DNA from: a virus
Taxonomy: Duplodnaviria; Caudoviricetes
Virus record (IMG/VR): IMGVR_UViG_3300009194_000005
Span: 52,525 to 116,524 of that record
Reading direction: 5' to 3' (one strand)
DNA: 64,000 nucleotides
Positions 49,688-59,350 of the stretch are shown here, piece by piece. Position numbers and translations under genes: made by a program. The notes under the pieces were generated by a model. That model worked only from the letters and a program-made list of their open reading frames with translations. It did not search any database and was not told the origin of the DNA. Position 1 is the first letter of the stretch; the number at the start of each line of letters is the position of its first letter.

Positions 49688-50554
49688 TTAGACCACGAGC
49701 TCCAAAGCAGGCCGCCACCCGCCGTAGGTAACCGCAGACGCCGCAGTACGGCGAGTGAAGTACGACACACCATTGTGACCACGAAAGACGCGGTAGGAAT
49801 CGGTACTCTCTTGGGTCCAGCTATAGCTACCGTTACCAAAACTGTTATGGACTAACAGGTCGGCATCGCTGTAGCTGGCCCAGCTCCCGTACGGGTCTGC
49901 ATTCGGGTCAGTATGCGGGGTGGGGTTGGAGGAGTCAGTGTGGACACCCGAATGAATGGGGTAGAACAGACGGTTCCATTCGGAACCATAGCCCTCGGGA
50001 ATATCATACCCGTAGGGGTTACCCGCCACCGGGTCGGTGGCCGCCCCACGCAATAATCGGACCCGATAGTCGAATCCATCGATGGTCACCACCGCGTCTT
50101 GCAAGCGGGCGGTACCGGAGGGATTGCTGCCGTTGGTATCGTCCCCGTACACGGCGCCCGCCTGGTAGATGTGTTCCCAGGAGGTACTGTGACGGAACGT
50201 CAGCTTGGGCACCAGTATCACCTGACCATTCGAGGCGAACTTGAGCCAGTCGCTGGTGCTGTTTTGACTGGTGCCAGCACTGAGTCCAATCGCGGACGCT
50301 AAGGCGTCACCGGTAATGAAATCCGTGCTGGCGACTTCACCGTAGAACCCCCACGTCGCGTCCCCACCGATCAAGGTGGTGGAGCCATGTCCCACCGGCT
50401 CGTAGGCTTGAGACCCAATGATTTCATACCCACCGGGTGTGACGCCGTCATGTAACCGGACGGCTTTGGTTTCCTCATCAATACTGATTTCCCCTTCGGG
50501 TAAGATCAGTCCATTGTTCTGATCTCGCGTCCCTCTTAAAAACCGTGTCCTCAT
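49688..50554 (-). CDS. DGR2 target protein (Mtd-N-like plus C-type-lectin-like variable domain), likely tail fibre/adhesin
   Basis: Starts MRTRFLRGT; the VR encodes RVFRG...GGWRPA at the C-terminus. Confidence 0.9.
   Translation of the reverse strand: MRTRFLRGTRDQNNGLILPEGEISIDEETKAVRLHDGVTPGGYEIIGSQAYEPVGHGSTTLIGGDATWGFYGEVASTDFITGDALASAIGLSAGTSQNSTSDWLKFASNGQVILVPKLTFRHSTSWEHIYQAGAVYGDDTNGSNPSGTARLQDAVVTIDGFDYRVRLLRGAATDPVAGNPYGYDIPEGYGSEWNRLFYPIHSGVHTDSSNPTPHTDPNADPYGSWASYSDADLLVHNSFGNGSYSWTQESTDSYRVFRGHNGVSYFTRRTAASAVTYGGWRPALELVV
49706..49791 (-). repeat. DGR2 variable repeat (VR)
   Basis: Differs from TR2 only at template A positions (16 sites). Confidence 0.95.
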
Positions 50555-50735
50555 TTCATCTACCCCTTTCATCATTAATCGAAATGGTTCCATCACTATG
50601 ACGGCGTCCATATCATAACGGAACGAAAAAAAAAAAGCCCTCCCGACAGGGGAGGGCGAGAGATATCGACGAGATGCAAGGACGCAACGAGCGAGGACAC
50701 GACCTTTACATATCTATTATGTGTTACGTAATTTT

Positions 50736-51146
50736 CTACGCACGGACTTGGACATCATCCGGACGGAAGCCATTCGCCGACAGAGCATTGAGCATCCGAT
50801 CCACTTCCAGTTGAGTGCGGTTCTCAAAGACCATGGTCACCTGACCTCCTTGAGAAATCTGAATGGTCTCCTGGCGAATCCACTGTACCGCCAGGATGTC
50901 GTACGCGCCATTCGGGTGCTGGATACGAATATAATCGAAGGTGAACGGATCATTCGGTGTCCCTGCCGGTAGGCTCGGGTAGACCGCTTGATGCATGGCC
51001 TCAATGTCAAGACCGAAGTTCAGCGCCATCTGAGCACTGATGCGGCCTTCCAGACGTACGTCACGGAAGTTATGACCGATCACGGAAGTCGGGTAGACTT
51101 CAAAGCTAAAGCGCTGATTGATATCCACGTCACGAATAGTGGGCAT
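50736..51146 (-). CDS. conserved protein (phiKZ gp49-like)
   Basis: FEVYP..VIG..F...H..VYP.LP.GTPNDP...WI; normally adjacent to the gp50 DNA polymerase gene. Confidence 0.7.
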   Translation of the reverse strand: MPTIRDVDINQRFSFEVYPTSVIGHNFRDVRLEGRISAQMALNFGLDIEAMHQAVYPSLPAGTPNDPFTFDYIRIQHPNGAYDILAVQWIRQETIQISQGGQVTMVFENRTQLEVDRMLNALSANGFRPDDVQVRA

Positions 51147-51167
51147 GATGATTTACCTCTTAGGGGA

Positions 51168-51503
51168 TTAGGTTGAAATCACCACCATTATGGAACCGCG
51201 CTTGCTTAGAGGGATGATCGCCAAGAGGTCGTGCAAGGAGAGACCGTCGGGAAGGGCTTCTTCGATTTCCTCACTGACGGTTTCCACTAATTGTTGGGTC
51301 GTCTCATCCGGTGGGTCGTTTAACGTGATGTCCGTTAGGGCGTCTTCGCCAAACCAGTCCCACTCAAGCAACATGCGCGAATGCAGCAGGAGTTGATGCC
51401 GATGGGGTTCGGTATCGGGAACATCGTTTCCTTGCTGCTGTTCGAGATGGTGATAAAGCGTGCGGTAGTGTCCGCTAAATAAAGTGATTGTTACGAGGGA
51501 CAT
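51168..51503 (-). CDS. hypothetical acidic protein
   Basis: Packed ORF. Confidence 0.6.
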   Translation of the reverse strand: MSLVTITLFSGHYRTLYHHLEQQQGNDVPDTEPHRHQLLLHSRMLLEWDWFGEDALTDITLNDPPDETTQQLVETVSEEIEEALPDGLSLHDLLAIIPLSKRGSIMVVIST

Positions 51504-51548
51504 GGCCTGGGAATCCTGGTGACGAATTAGTTTACATTTTCTAGACCA

Positions 51549-51908
51549 TTACACTACCAGTAATACCCCACCCGATTTCGGATGTTGGTAAGGTACTCGT
51601 GGCATGGTCAGGTCACCATGGAGTCGATCTGTCGCCTCTGTGAGGGTGTTGAGGAATTGGATACCATCCCACAGCAAACGGTGTTTGCGTTCATGGCTCA
51701 GCCACTGCCAGCCGTCAATGTCTTCCATGACAGTGGCCACATAGCCTTCTAGATCATTCAGCGTCTGGGGTAGATAACCCATTGGACGACGGTTCACGAA
51801 ATAGTCGTGGATCAAGGCATGGGCCAGCTCGACGGCATAGGCGGGCTGTTCAGGACACGTCAGGTAACCGAACTCCTCAGTATGGTGCATTACTGCGATA
51901 TGTGACAT
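51549..51908 (-). CDS. hypothetical protein
   Basis: GGAGG RBS before the ATG at 51908. Confidence 0.6.
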   Translation of the reverse strand: MSHIAVMHHTEEFGYLTCPEQPAYAVELAHALIHDYFVNRRPMGYLPQTLNDLEGYVATVMEDIDGWQWLSHERKHRLLWDGIQFLNTLTEATDRLHGDLTMPRVPYQHPKSGGVLLVV

Positions 51909-51928
51909 GCGATGGACCTCCCTGTGTA

Positions 51929-52387
51929 TTAAGTAAACGGTAATTGTTGTTGTCGTGCGTTCCAATTCTCCGGCACACGGCCTAATCGGAACAATAACAC
52001 TGGTGGGGAATTGAACGTCTCCTCCCAATGGGCACCAATTTCTACCACCGGTGTATGCGGAAAGTGTTGTAGTATCATGCCGACATAAGGATGCAACCAC
52101 TCCAAGAAGAAACCCATCTCGTCTCGGATTACGTCGGTGTCCATTTCACCGCACAGAAAACACCAAGTCAACTCATGGAACCACTCAGTGGTGTGGTCAT
52201 GCGTCGGATAGCTACTTTGGGGATGGTGGCGGTAGGCATGCTCTAGGTATACAGCCACCCCGTGCCAAAAGGAAACCAAATCCACCGATTCCTCTATAGC
52301 ACGGTTTAGTGTCTCCCCCAACAACCGTTCGATATGGCGGTGGTCCACGATCAATGGGACATCCCGCCATGGTTGGGTTGATTGCAT
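51929..52387 (-). CDS. hypothetical protein
   Basis: AGGAGG RBS before the ATG at 52387. Confidence 0.6.
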   Translation of the reverse strand: MQSTQPWRDVPLIVDHRHIERLLGETLNRAIEESVDLVSFWHGVAVYLEHAYRHHPQSSYPTHDHTTEWFHELTWCFLCGEMDTDVIRDEMGFFLEWLHPYVGMILQHFPHTPVVEIGAHWEETFNSPPVLLFRLGRVPENWNARQQQLPFT

Positions 52388-52395
52388 GCCACCTC

Positions 52396-52920
52396 CTAAT
52401 AAAAGCGTCCCGCCGACCGCATCTGAGTCAGGTGTTGCTGTTGTTGCCACACATGAACCTGTGGGTCCCCAAACACTTCATCCACCGGCGAGGTTTCAGC
52501 CACCAACAAGAGGAGTTGTTGGTCAACCCCACGGTTGATTTGACTGAAACTCACAAATACGTCTTCCACCTCTTCCCCATAGCTTTCCAGCTGATTAACC
52601 ATCTGGTTTAGCATGGGACGAAGCAGAATGTGGGCATGGGCAAACTGTTCCTGCATGGTCGTGAGCGCCAACTGACGCTCTTCATGTGTCATGTCCCGTC
52701 CCCACAAATACTCAAACATGAGAAACTCCAGATCCACTGGGGTAATGCAGCGACTGTAAATATGGGCCAGGTACTGCGAAAACACTGTGTAGATATGGAT
52801 TTTCAGTTCGCCGTCAAGTGCCCCACGCGGTACCAGTGTGGGGAAGCTGGCCAACATCCATTCCACCGTATTGATGTGGTTTTCGATTGGGCGCCGGGGA
52901 GTGGTGAGTGTGAAGCGCAT
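52396..52920 (-). CDS. hypothetical protein
   Basis: GAGG RBS, packed with neighbours. Confidence 0.6.
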   Translation of the reverse strand: MRFTLTTPRRPIENHINTVEWMLASFPTLVPRGALDGELKIHIYTVFSQYLAHIYSRCITPVDLEFLMFEYLWGRDMTHEERQLALTTMQEQFAHAHILLRPMLNQMVNQLESYGEEVEDVFVSFSQINRGVDQQLLLLVAETSPVDEVFGDPQVHVWQQQQHLTQMRSAGRFY

Positions 52921-52921
52921 A

Positions 52922-53359
52922 CTACCCTCGTCGTAGGTCAGGAATAAGAAGATGACAGGTGGCTTTAGCAATCACAAAGGTCGGTGTTAGACGAACCACC
53001 TCCAAATATGACACGCCATGTTCCATGAAAAGGCTTTGCAGGGCGGGCTTTAGTTGCGAGATCGTTCGATCGAACACCCACCAAGCGGTTTCTACATAGT
53101 GAGCATACCATCCGTGATCTTCCACTTCACCCGTTACATGGTCAATCAAACGGTCATGGCGACCAGACTCCACCAGTTCCAGATAGTGATGTTGCAAATG
53201 GTCTTGGAAATGATCGGGATCGTGGGGACAACGGTGTTGTTCTAGGTAGAGGCCATAATTCAATACGGCTTCCACGGCTTCTCGTGTTGCACTAAAACCC
53301 AGGTGGATGTTGAGATGTTCCCCCAATGCCCGGTTATCGACCAGAATGATCGCGTTCAT
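52922..53359 (-). CDS. hypothetical His-rich protein
   Basis: Packed ORF; ATG at 53359. Confidence 0.6.
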   Translation of the reverse strand: MNAIILVDNRALGEHLNIHLGFSATREAVEAVLNYGLYLEQHRCPHDPDHFQDHLQHHYLELVESGRHDRLIDHVTGEVEDHGWYAHYVETAWWVFDRTISQLKPALQSLFMEHGVSYLEVVRLTPTFVIAKATCHLLIPDLRRG

Positions 53360-53363
53360 GATC

Positions 53364-53771
53364 TCACCTTCCCTCATAATGCACCACAACGTAAAGCACT
53401 GAAGGGTGTGGATGGTGGGTCCATTCCACATAATTGCTATTCGGGGGTATTTTTTGACTCAGCTGGAAAGCGACTTCCACCATCCCCTGTTCGTAATCAC
53501 ATTGTATTGCCATGTCATCTACCTCAAAAGGGTCTCGGTTTTCTCGGTAGTCGTCTTGGTAATAACCCAACGTATCCAGCAAGATGTCCTGGGTCGCGGG
53601 AGACAGCCCATACGCCCGTTCCCACGGGGGAATGCTGTCAGCTAGACCTACTAGGATTTCATTGGACACCACAATAGGAATGCCGAGCATAACCCCCCGG
53701 TCAAACAGACCGGGGTGTGTATGTAACAAAGACGATAGATCAAAGGCCCACAATTCGGTGGGTTCGCTCAT
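53364..53771 (-). CDS. hypothetical acidic protein
   Basis: ATG at 53771 overlapping the upstream gene. Confidence 0.6.
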   Translation of the reverse strand: MSEPTELWAFDLSSLLHTHPGLFDRGVMLGIPIVVSNEILVGLADSIPPWERAYGLSPATQDILLDTLGYYQDDYRENRDPFEVDDMAIQCDYEQGMVEVAFQLSQKIPPNSNYVEWTHHPHPSVLYVVVHYEGR

Positions 53772-54768
53772 ATTCTTCCAATCGACGTCGATCACGTTCA
53801 GGTACCCAATCGCCCCGCTCAAGTGAAACCCGGAGGTCTTCGTAAAATCGGCTATCATCTTCCATATCTGGCTCTGAATAATAAACGCGTAGCGTAAAAT
53901 TATCCGCAATTTCTGCCTGACACGGTGTATGGCGATCGACTTTGGTCTGCAGAAACACCACATCCAAGTCTTTGATCACCGGGACAATGACCTTTTCGAA
54001 GAAGGGCCAGAACCCCGACACTCCCAGTTCGTGCATGATAGCCACAACCGGAGGATGTGTTTGGGAGAACGACATCTCAGGATAGCGTTGGTTGATAGCG
54101 TCAATCAGAATGGGCCTCAACGGGATATTACATGCCACGTCACCCAATTGGGCAAACAACTGCTGATGAACGTAATTCGCCACCGTCGAGATATCCACCG
54201 TCACACACTCGTTTTCTTGCGTGTCGTGGCCGTGGATTCGATGATATTCTTCGATGCGGTAATCTTGGCCGCCCACCAACGCCATGATGCGGGGTGTGGT
54301 ATACAATTCCCACTGACGCCATGGATTTTTCTGGAGGTATTGGCTTAACTGAAGTTGCATCTCCAGGTTTACCTCATCCACCAAGTCGTCGCCCAAGAAA
54401 TGCTCGGCGAGAGCGTTGTCCATGTCATCAGGGATCGCACAATCCCGTAAACACTGAGCGATAGTAGGAAGAGCTGACTGGAACTCACGATACCGAAGGA
54501 ACTGACTCATGTTCTCTTCTAGCAGTGCCTTCACCATCAGCTTGGCGCGTTGGTCATCCAATGCATCGATAGGAGGAACGATCACCTCGTGATCCTCATC
54601 GATCACCCGCCGCACCACATTTGGATACCCCCCAACTAACGCATGTGTCTCCTCAAGACGTTGGCGCGTGTGTGTCATACGTAGGGGCGCTGAGGCGTAT
54701 TGCTTTGATGCTGCCTTCAGTGCTTCCACGTAGGTACGGATGTCCAGCACGATGAATTGATTTGACAT
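53740..54768 (-). CDS. hypothetical protein
   Basis: 342-aa ORF. Confidence 0.7.
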   Translation of the reverse strand: MSNQFIVLDIRTYVEALKAASKQYASAPLRMTHTRQRLEETHALVGGYPNVVRRVIDEDHEVIVPPIDALDDQRAKLMVKALLEENMSQFLRYREFQSALPTIAQCLRDCAIPDDMDNALAEHFLGDDLVDEVNLEMQLQLSQYLQKNPWRQWELYTTPRIMALVGGQDYRIEEYHRIHGHDTQENECVTVDISTVANYVHQQLFAQLGDVACNIPLRPILIDAINQRYPEMSFSQTHPPVVAIMHELGVSGFWPFFEKVIVPVIKDLDVVFLQTKVDRHTPCQAEIADNFTLRVYYSEPDMEDDSRFYEDLRVSLERGDWVPERDRRRLEEYERTHRIVGL

Positions 54769-54778
54769 GTCTTGCCCT

Positions 54779-55114
54779 TCAGCGGTAGTAGTGTTCCAGA
54801 TATGTGATCCAGAATGTATTATGAATTCGGCACGTCACCACGTGGTCACCGGGTGACCCAAGAGGGAACTGACGCAAAATATCACGAATGATCTGAATTG
54901 CTAACTCTTGGCGTTGAAACTCGTTGACCATCTCCCCCAAGGACAGCGGAGAAAAACCCTCAACGTGGTGATGTTCAATTTCGTGCAATACATAGTTAAC
55001 AAACTCCACCGCGTATCCGCGTAGGTCAGGCTCAAGTGCCCGGACCACTGGGGCTAAATCGTACGCCACTGTGGTGGATAACGTGTAAAACAGCTCGGGG
55101 GGAAATCCCTGCAT
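54779..55114 (-). CDS. hypothetical protein
   Basis: GAGGT RBS; early-type promoter motif at 55152. Confidence 0.6.
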   Translation of the reverse strand: MQGFPPELFYTLSTTVAYDLAPVVRALEPDLRGYAVEFVNYVLHEIEHHHVEGFSPLSLGEMVNEFQRQELAIQIIRDILRQFPLGSPGDHVVTCRIHNTFWITYLEHYYR

Positions 55115-55268
55115 GGTAACCTCATCACTGAGTCGTTGTTTGCTCAGGAGGATGATATAAGTTTTAAACGCCGTAGAATACGCTCTGACGCCCTTTCGCA
55201 TATTATTCGCGGCTAGGGTAGTCTTCCCAACAGAACACGCTTCAGAGGACGTCACAGGAGCTTCTCGC

Positions 55269-56066
55269 ATGAATCCTATCACCAAAGCGATGGATGAGAT
55301 TCAGTTTTCCATTCCTCGCGAGATCCTTAACCAGACTTTTATTACCCAGGACTTACAGTTTTGCCAAAACATTGTATCCCTGGAAACCCGCATCAGAGAA
55401 CAGGTCTTGGACCCTCGGGTACTGATTGATATCGACATCAAGGGCGGGACAGAAGCCTTCTTGCCCCTAGAGCCTCCGGTTCAATCCGAACAGCCTGATC
55501 CCTACACCGTTATCTATCATATCCCTGATGAGGTCGTTCAGAACCGTCCGATCGTCCAGGTCTACTCTGTCCATTTTGCTATCCTCGGGTATCAAAACGC
55601 AGGGATGGCACTTCAGTACGGTGAGTCCACGATGACCTCAGAGACCCGCCGGGTGTTAGACAGTGCCATGCGGGTACCACCTGCACTGACCTCCTACCTG
55701 AACCTGATTGCCCATAACACCGTCATGGCGCGTTACGTCTACCTGCCCTATCGAACGGCGTTCATGCGGGTGCGGTTAGGTAACGACAACGCTTTGTCCC
55801 AAATTCGCCCTCAGGCGTATCACGATTTTGCTCAACTGTGTGTTCTGGCAGTCAAGGCGTATATCTACAATAAGATGATTGTCGTCATGGATCAGGGACA
55901 GCTCTCGGGTGGTCAAATGCTCGGGGCGTTTAAAGAGATTGTCATGAACTACGCCGATGCCGAACAGATGTACCGTGAAGCCTTGCGGCGGTGGAGCAAG
56001 ATAGCCGTCCTAAATGATCCCGAGGCCCATAGACGCCATATAAGGACCGTGACAGGCAGTCCGTAA
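55269..56066 (+). CDS. conserved phiKZ-like virion protein (gp42-like)
   Basis: MNPI.KA...I...IP.EIL and LAVKAYIYN...G.L.GG motifs. Confidence 0.7.
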   Translation: MNPITKAMDEIQFSIPREILNQTFITQDLQFCQNIVSLETRIREQVLDPRVLIDIDIKGGTEAFLPLEPPVQSEQPDPYTVIYHIPDEVVQNRPIVQVYSVHFAILGYQNAGMALQYGESTMTSETRRVLDSAMRVPPALTSYLNLIAHNTVMARYVYLPYRTAFMRVRLGNDNALSQIRPQAYHDFAQLCVLAVKAYIYNKMIVVMDQGQLSGGQMLGAFKEIVMNYADAEQMYREALRRWSKIAVLNDPEAHRRHIRTVTGSP

Positions 56067-56121
56067 TAAAAAATAAAACAAGTATAGAAAGGGGCCTGCC
56101 AACCGGCAGGCCTAATTTACG

Positions 56122-57144
56122 TCAGTCAACGTAAAACCAATCTTTGTATTTTTCGGTATCGCGATTGACCCAACGTTGTACAGAGGAGAAGTTAAGATTT
56201 AATGTCCGTGCTGCATCGCGAACGCTTGGATAAACCACTCCATGAATGCTAACTTTCCTAACCGGGGCTCCCGCCGTACTCTTCCTTCGGGATTTTCTCA
56301 TATTTGCTCGATGTTCTTCAGTGAATACAACGCCCTTGTAGATAAAAGAGGCTAATGCGTTTTTCGCATCCGGGGAACTATTAAACAAAACACCCGAGTC
56401 CCAGTTCGCCTGCAACAATGCTTGTTCTATTTGATATGCATGTTCCCTGTCTTTTGCCTTAAAACACACAGCCTTTATTGTCGGTGAATCAATATAAGCC
56501 TTCTGTAAACATGAATTTGCGTGTTTGTTTTTCTTAAGCGAATTACGATGTGTCAGTAATCTCGAATACAGATTAGAGGTGCTACCGATATAGGACTGAC
56601 CGGTTTCGGGATGATGAATCACATAGGCTCCTGGTATTGTCGAACCGAAACATACCTGTTCAGTTATGACTTCCAACCCCTCAATTCCCAACAATTGAAT
56701 CTCTTCTTGCATTACCAAATCTACGAACTTCTCAGACACTACGCCACTTGGTGAATTTAAACGAATTGAATAATCCTCCTCACTTCGTTCAGCCAATTCC
56801 ATGACCTGTGTGGTGGTTTCCGTGCCGTTAGTTTGCTGATTAGTTCCTGCGTTAAGGGATCGTTTCTGTTTAGTGTAGTAGTCGATTAGACCCTTCTTAA
56901 GTTCATGTAGATTATCCTTTTCTTTTGCTATGTAGTAGACATGATAAATATTTGGGGAATCATTGTAAGCCTCCTGCAGCTCAAGGTTAGGATGTCGATT
57001 ATTCTTTAAGAGCCGGTAATGTTTATACACACGTCTATTGGGTGTATTTGAAATCCCAACGAAAGCCTTTCGTGTCTTGACGTGGTGGATTATGTAGATA
57101 ACCCGCTCGCGCTCGTCATGTTTAAACTCAACTTCACTGAACAT
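56122..57144 (-). CDS. free-standing GIY-YIG endonuclease with two GIY-YIG modules
   Basis: IYIIHHVKTRKAFVGIS and GAYVIHHPETGQSYIGST, plus a NUMOD/HTH tail; AT-rich. Confidence 0.8.
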   Translation of the reverse strand: MFSEVEFKHDERERVIYIIHHVKTRKAFVGISNTPNRRVYKHYRLLKNNRHPNLELQEAYNDSPNIYHVYYIAKEKDNLHELKKGLIDYYTKQKRSLNAGTNQQTNGTETTTQVMELAERSEEDYSIRLNSPSGVVSEKFVDLVMQEEIQLLGIEGLEVITEQVCFGSTIPGAYVIHHPETGQSYIGSTSNLYSRLLTHRNSLKKNKHANSCLQKAYIDSPTIKAVCFKAKDREHAYQIEQALLQANWDSGVLFNSSPDAKNALASFIYKGVVFTEEHRANMRKSRRKSTAGAPVRKVSIHGVVYPSVRDAARTLNLNFSSVQRWVNRDTEKYKDWFYVD

Positions 57145-57299
57145 GTGTTTATCCCAATCTGAAGGTTATCCAATAAATAATATAGGTCTAAAATCGAGTC
57201 AGTGTCTTTAACGACCCTGAAGCACACAGGCGTCACGTGAGGTCAATTGTTGGTGCTCCTTGACAAAAAAAAAAGAGCTCCCTGCGGGGAGCTCTTTTA

Positions 57300-57752
57300 T
57301 TACCTTGTTACTCGGGAGATCAGATTAGTCAGAGTCATTATTGCATGTTTTATCGTTTGGGCTTTATCCCCATCCCAACGAAAAATAATCGCGGGGTAAA
57401 GAGGTAGGTCTAATAAGTTGATTTTTTCCTCGGGGTAGGTTTCATCAAACACCCACCGCAGATAATCGATTTCGCAAGTGATGTCCGGCGTATCCAACGA
57501 TTTGGCGTTATCGGTTAACACTAGATGGATAAGATTTTCCAACGCCACTTTTCCATCAGGGGGTGCTGCAATCACCAGGTACCCGTGCTCCATTCGATTA
57601 GGATGACCACTACATGACCACACGGTTGCCATACGGGGGTGGCGATTAACACGGACGACTAGACTCTTTATTTCGGTGTCGATTACCCCCCTCGGGGTAT
57701 TAAGTGCACGATCTTTCAATACGTCGAACTGCTCGGACGTCACGGTGATCAT
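57300..57752 (-). CDS. TYW3-like domain protein
   Basis: ID..I..LV..VN......T..SCSGH motif. Confidence 0.55.
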   Translation of the reverse strand: MITVTSEQFDVLKDRALNTPRGVIDTEIKSLVVRVNRHPRMATVWSCSGHPNRMEHGYLVIAAPPDGKVALENLIHLVLTDNAKSLDTPDITCEIDYLRWVFDETYPEEKINLLDLPLYPAIIFRWDGDKAQTIKHAIMTLTNLISRVTR

Positions 57753-57815
57753 TTGCGTTGTCTCCTAAAACGGTAGAGCGCCTCCCCGAAGGGAGGCACC
57801 TATGCCTGGAAAGGG

Positions 57816-58346
57816 TTAGGCCGACTCCAGCAACGGTTCCCGGCGTCGGACGGTGGATTGCAAAATGGGGGATTGGGGTACAACGTCTTCCCAGGTCACT
57901 TCATTGCTACGCAGGTGCTTCAGTGGCTTTTTACGAAGCCACATGGTATCGGGATCGTCAATCACAACATGTGAACGCTGACCTTCACACTCATTAACAG
58001 TCCAGAGAAAACTCTCCAGGAATGTTCCGACCTTACAAGTTTGCATGGGGTAGAGGTAATCGTCATCTTCAAAGTACCATCGAGTGTAGAAGTTGTCGTG
58101 CAGGCGGGTTTTGATTACAGTGGATAATGAAAACCTCACCAACTTGCGGCGCTGACCCAGCACATCAGTGATGGCTTCGGCCACGTCATAATACGTTTCC
58201 CCGTTTTGCCGGTAGGCAAAGAGGAACCGACGACCTGTGGCTTGAAGCTTCATCACGTGTTTGGTGGTCAACGTAAAGGGCGATAGCGCCCGATGTCGTT
58301 CACATGCCATTGACAGATCCAGCTTCTTCTTGCTGGACTTAGCCAT
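57816..58346 (-). CDS. hypothetical protein
   Basis: GAGGT RBS. Confidence 0.6.
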   Translation of the reverse strand: MAKSSKKKLDLSMACERHRALSPFTLTTKHVMKLQATGRRFLFAYRQNGETYYDVAEAITDVLGQRRKLVRFSLSTVIKTRLHDNFYTRWYFEDDDYLYPMQTCKVGTFLESFLWTVNECEGQRSHVVIDDPDTMWLRKKPLKHLRSNEVTWEDVVPQSPILQSTVRRREPLLESA

Positions 58347-58356
58347 GACATTTACC

Positions 58357-58818
58357 TCAGTAGAGTATAGGTTTCACATCGCCTACATGATTTCCTGCCA
58401 CCGTTCGTGGACGACATGCTTTCCATAGGCCCTCGTGGGATTCATTGACGCGCCAATAGACTGGGAGTTGCAGACTACTGCCGTCACGTGTCTCAACACG
58501 GGCTCTCACGTTGTAGCTCCCCATGGTAAAGCTCATCTGGGGGATGTTGTCAATCACCGCGAACGTGAAATTGGTAATTCGTTTACCGGATTGTTTGGAT
58601 GGGGGTGAGTTATCCCAATGTAAATCGATCTCCTGTCCGGCATCGTTATACGGCGTAAACCGCAACCGGTAATCGGCATTCAGGTCAAGATCAATGTGGT
58701 CAGACGGAACGTCGTCGTGAATGATGCATGATTTTGTCACTGGATGAATCCACCCATGGTAGAGCGCATTATGAAACCAATCGGGATTCACTTCGAGGAG
58801 TTTATAGAGCATGGGCAT
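58357..58818 (-). CDS. hypothetical protein
   Basis: AAGGA RBS. Confidence 0.6.
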   Translation of the reverse strand: MPMLYKLLEVNPDWFHNALYHGWIHPVTKSCIIHDDVPSDHIDLDLNADYRLRFTPYNDAGQEIDLHWDNSPPSKQSGKRITNFTFAVIDNIPQMSFTMGSYNVRARVETRDGSSLQLPVYWRVNESHEGLWKACRPRTVAGNHVGDVKPILY

Positions 58819-58846
58819 TTCCTTTTAAGATGGATTAGGTTGTCAA

Positions 58847-59350
58847 TCATACCATCTCCCTATTAAACGACTCGGTTAAGGGGATAGCGCAGTAGCCAGC
58901 CAATGCCACTAACCACGCATCCAACCAGCCGTACTCTTTTTCGTCGGTACAGTGAACAACCCACTCGGGAGGTCTTACGAGGTTATCGAAAGTATCGCGT
59001 GCCATTCGGTGTTGGATACGGACTTCATCGCCCCCATTCGTGTAACAGACTCGCAGCAGGTACGTTATCACTACATCATCGCCGTCTTCCCTCACTCTTG
59101 GTTTATCAAGAATGATGGACAAGACATGACCTGGGTAATCCAAGTCACATAGGTCTGCACTCAACTCAATCGTATTTGATGCGACCAGCGACGTGGTGTT
59201 GGGGAGGAATGTGGCATATACCTGACTAACCCCACTAAACCGGTACCTGTATTGGAATAAAATACCGTGCGGCGTTGCTTTTTTAACGCCCCCATGCATT
59301 GGGTTAATCCAACGGAGAAAACGCCTCCATTGGGGAGTGATTATTGCCAT
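58847..59350 (-). CDS. hypothetical protein
   Basis: Packed ORF. Confidence 0.55.
   Translation of the reverse strand: MAIITPQWRRFLRWINPMHGGVKKATPHGILFQYRYRFSGVSQVYATFLPNTTSLVASNTIELSADLCDLDYPGHVLSIILDKPRVREDGDDVVITYLLRVCYTNGGDEVRIQHRMARDTFDNLVRPPEWVVHCTDEKEYGWLDAWLVALAGYCAIPLTESFNREMV

Larger units (their letters stand above)
47772..50554 (-). mobile_element. diversity-generating retroelement 2 (target-VR, avd, TR, RT)
   Basis: Canonical gene order; 16 TR/VR mismatches, all at TR adenines. Confidence 0.95.
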
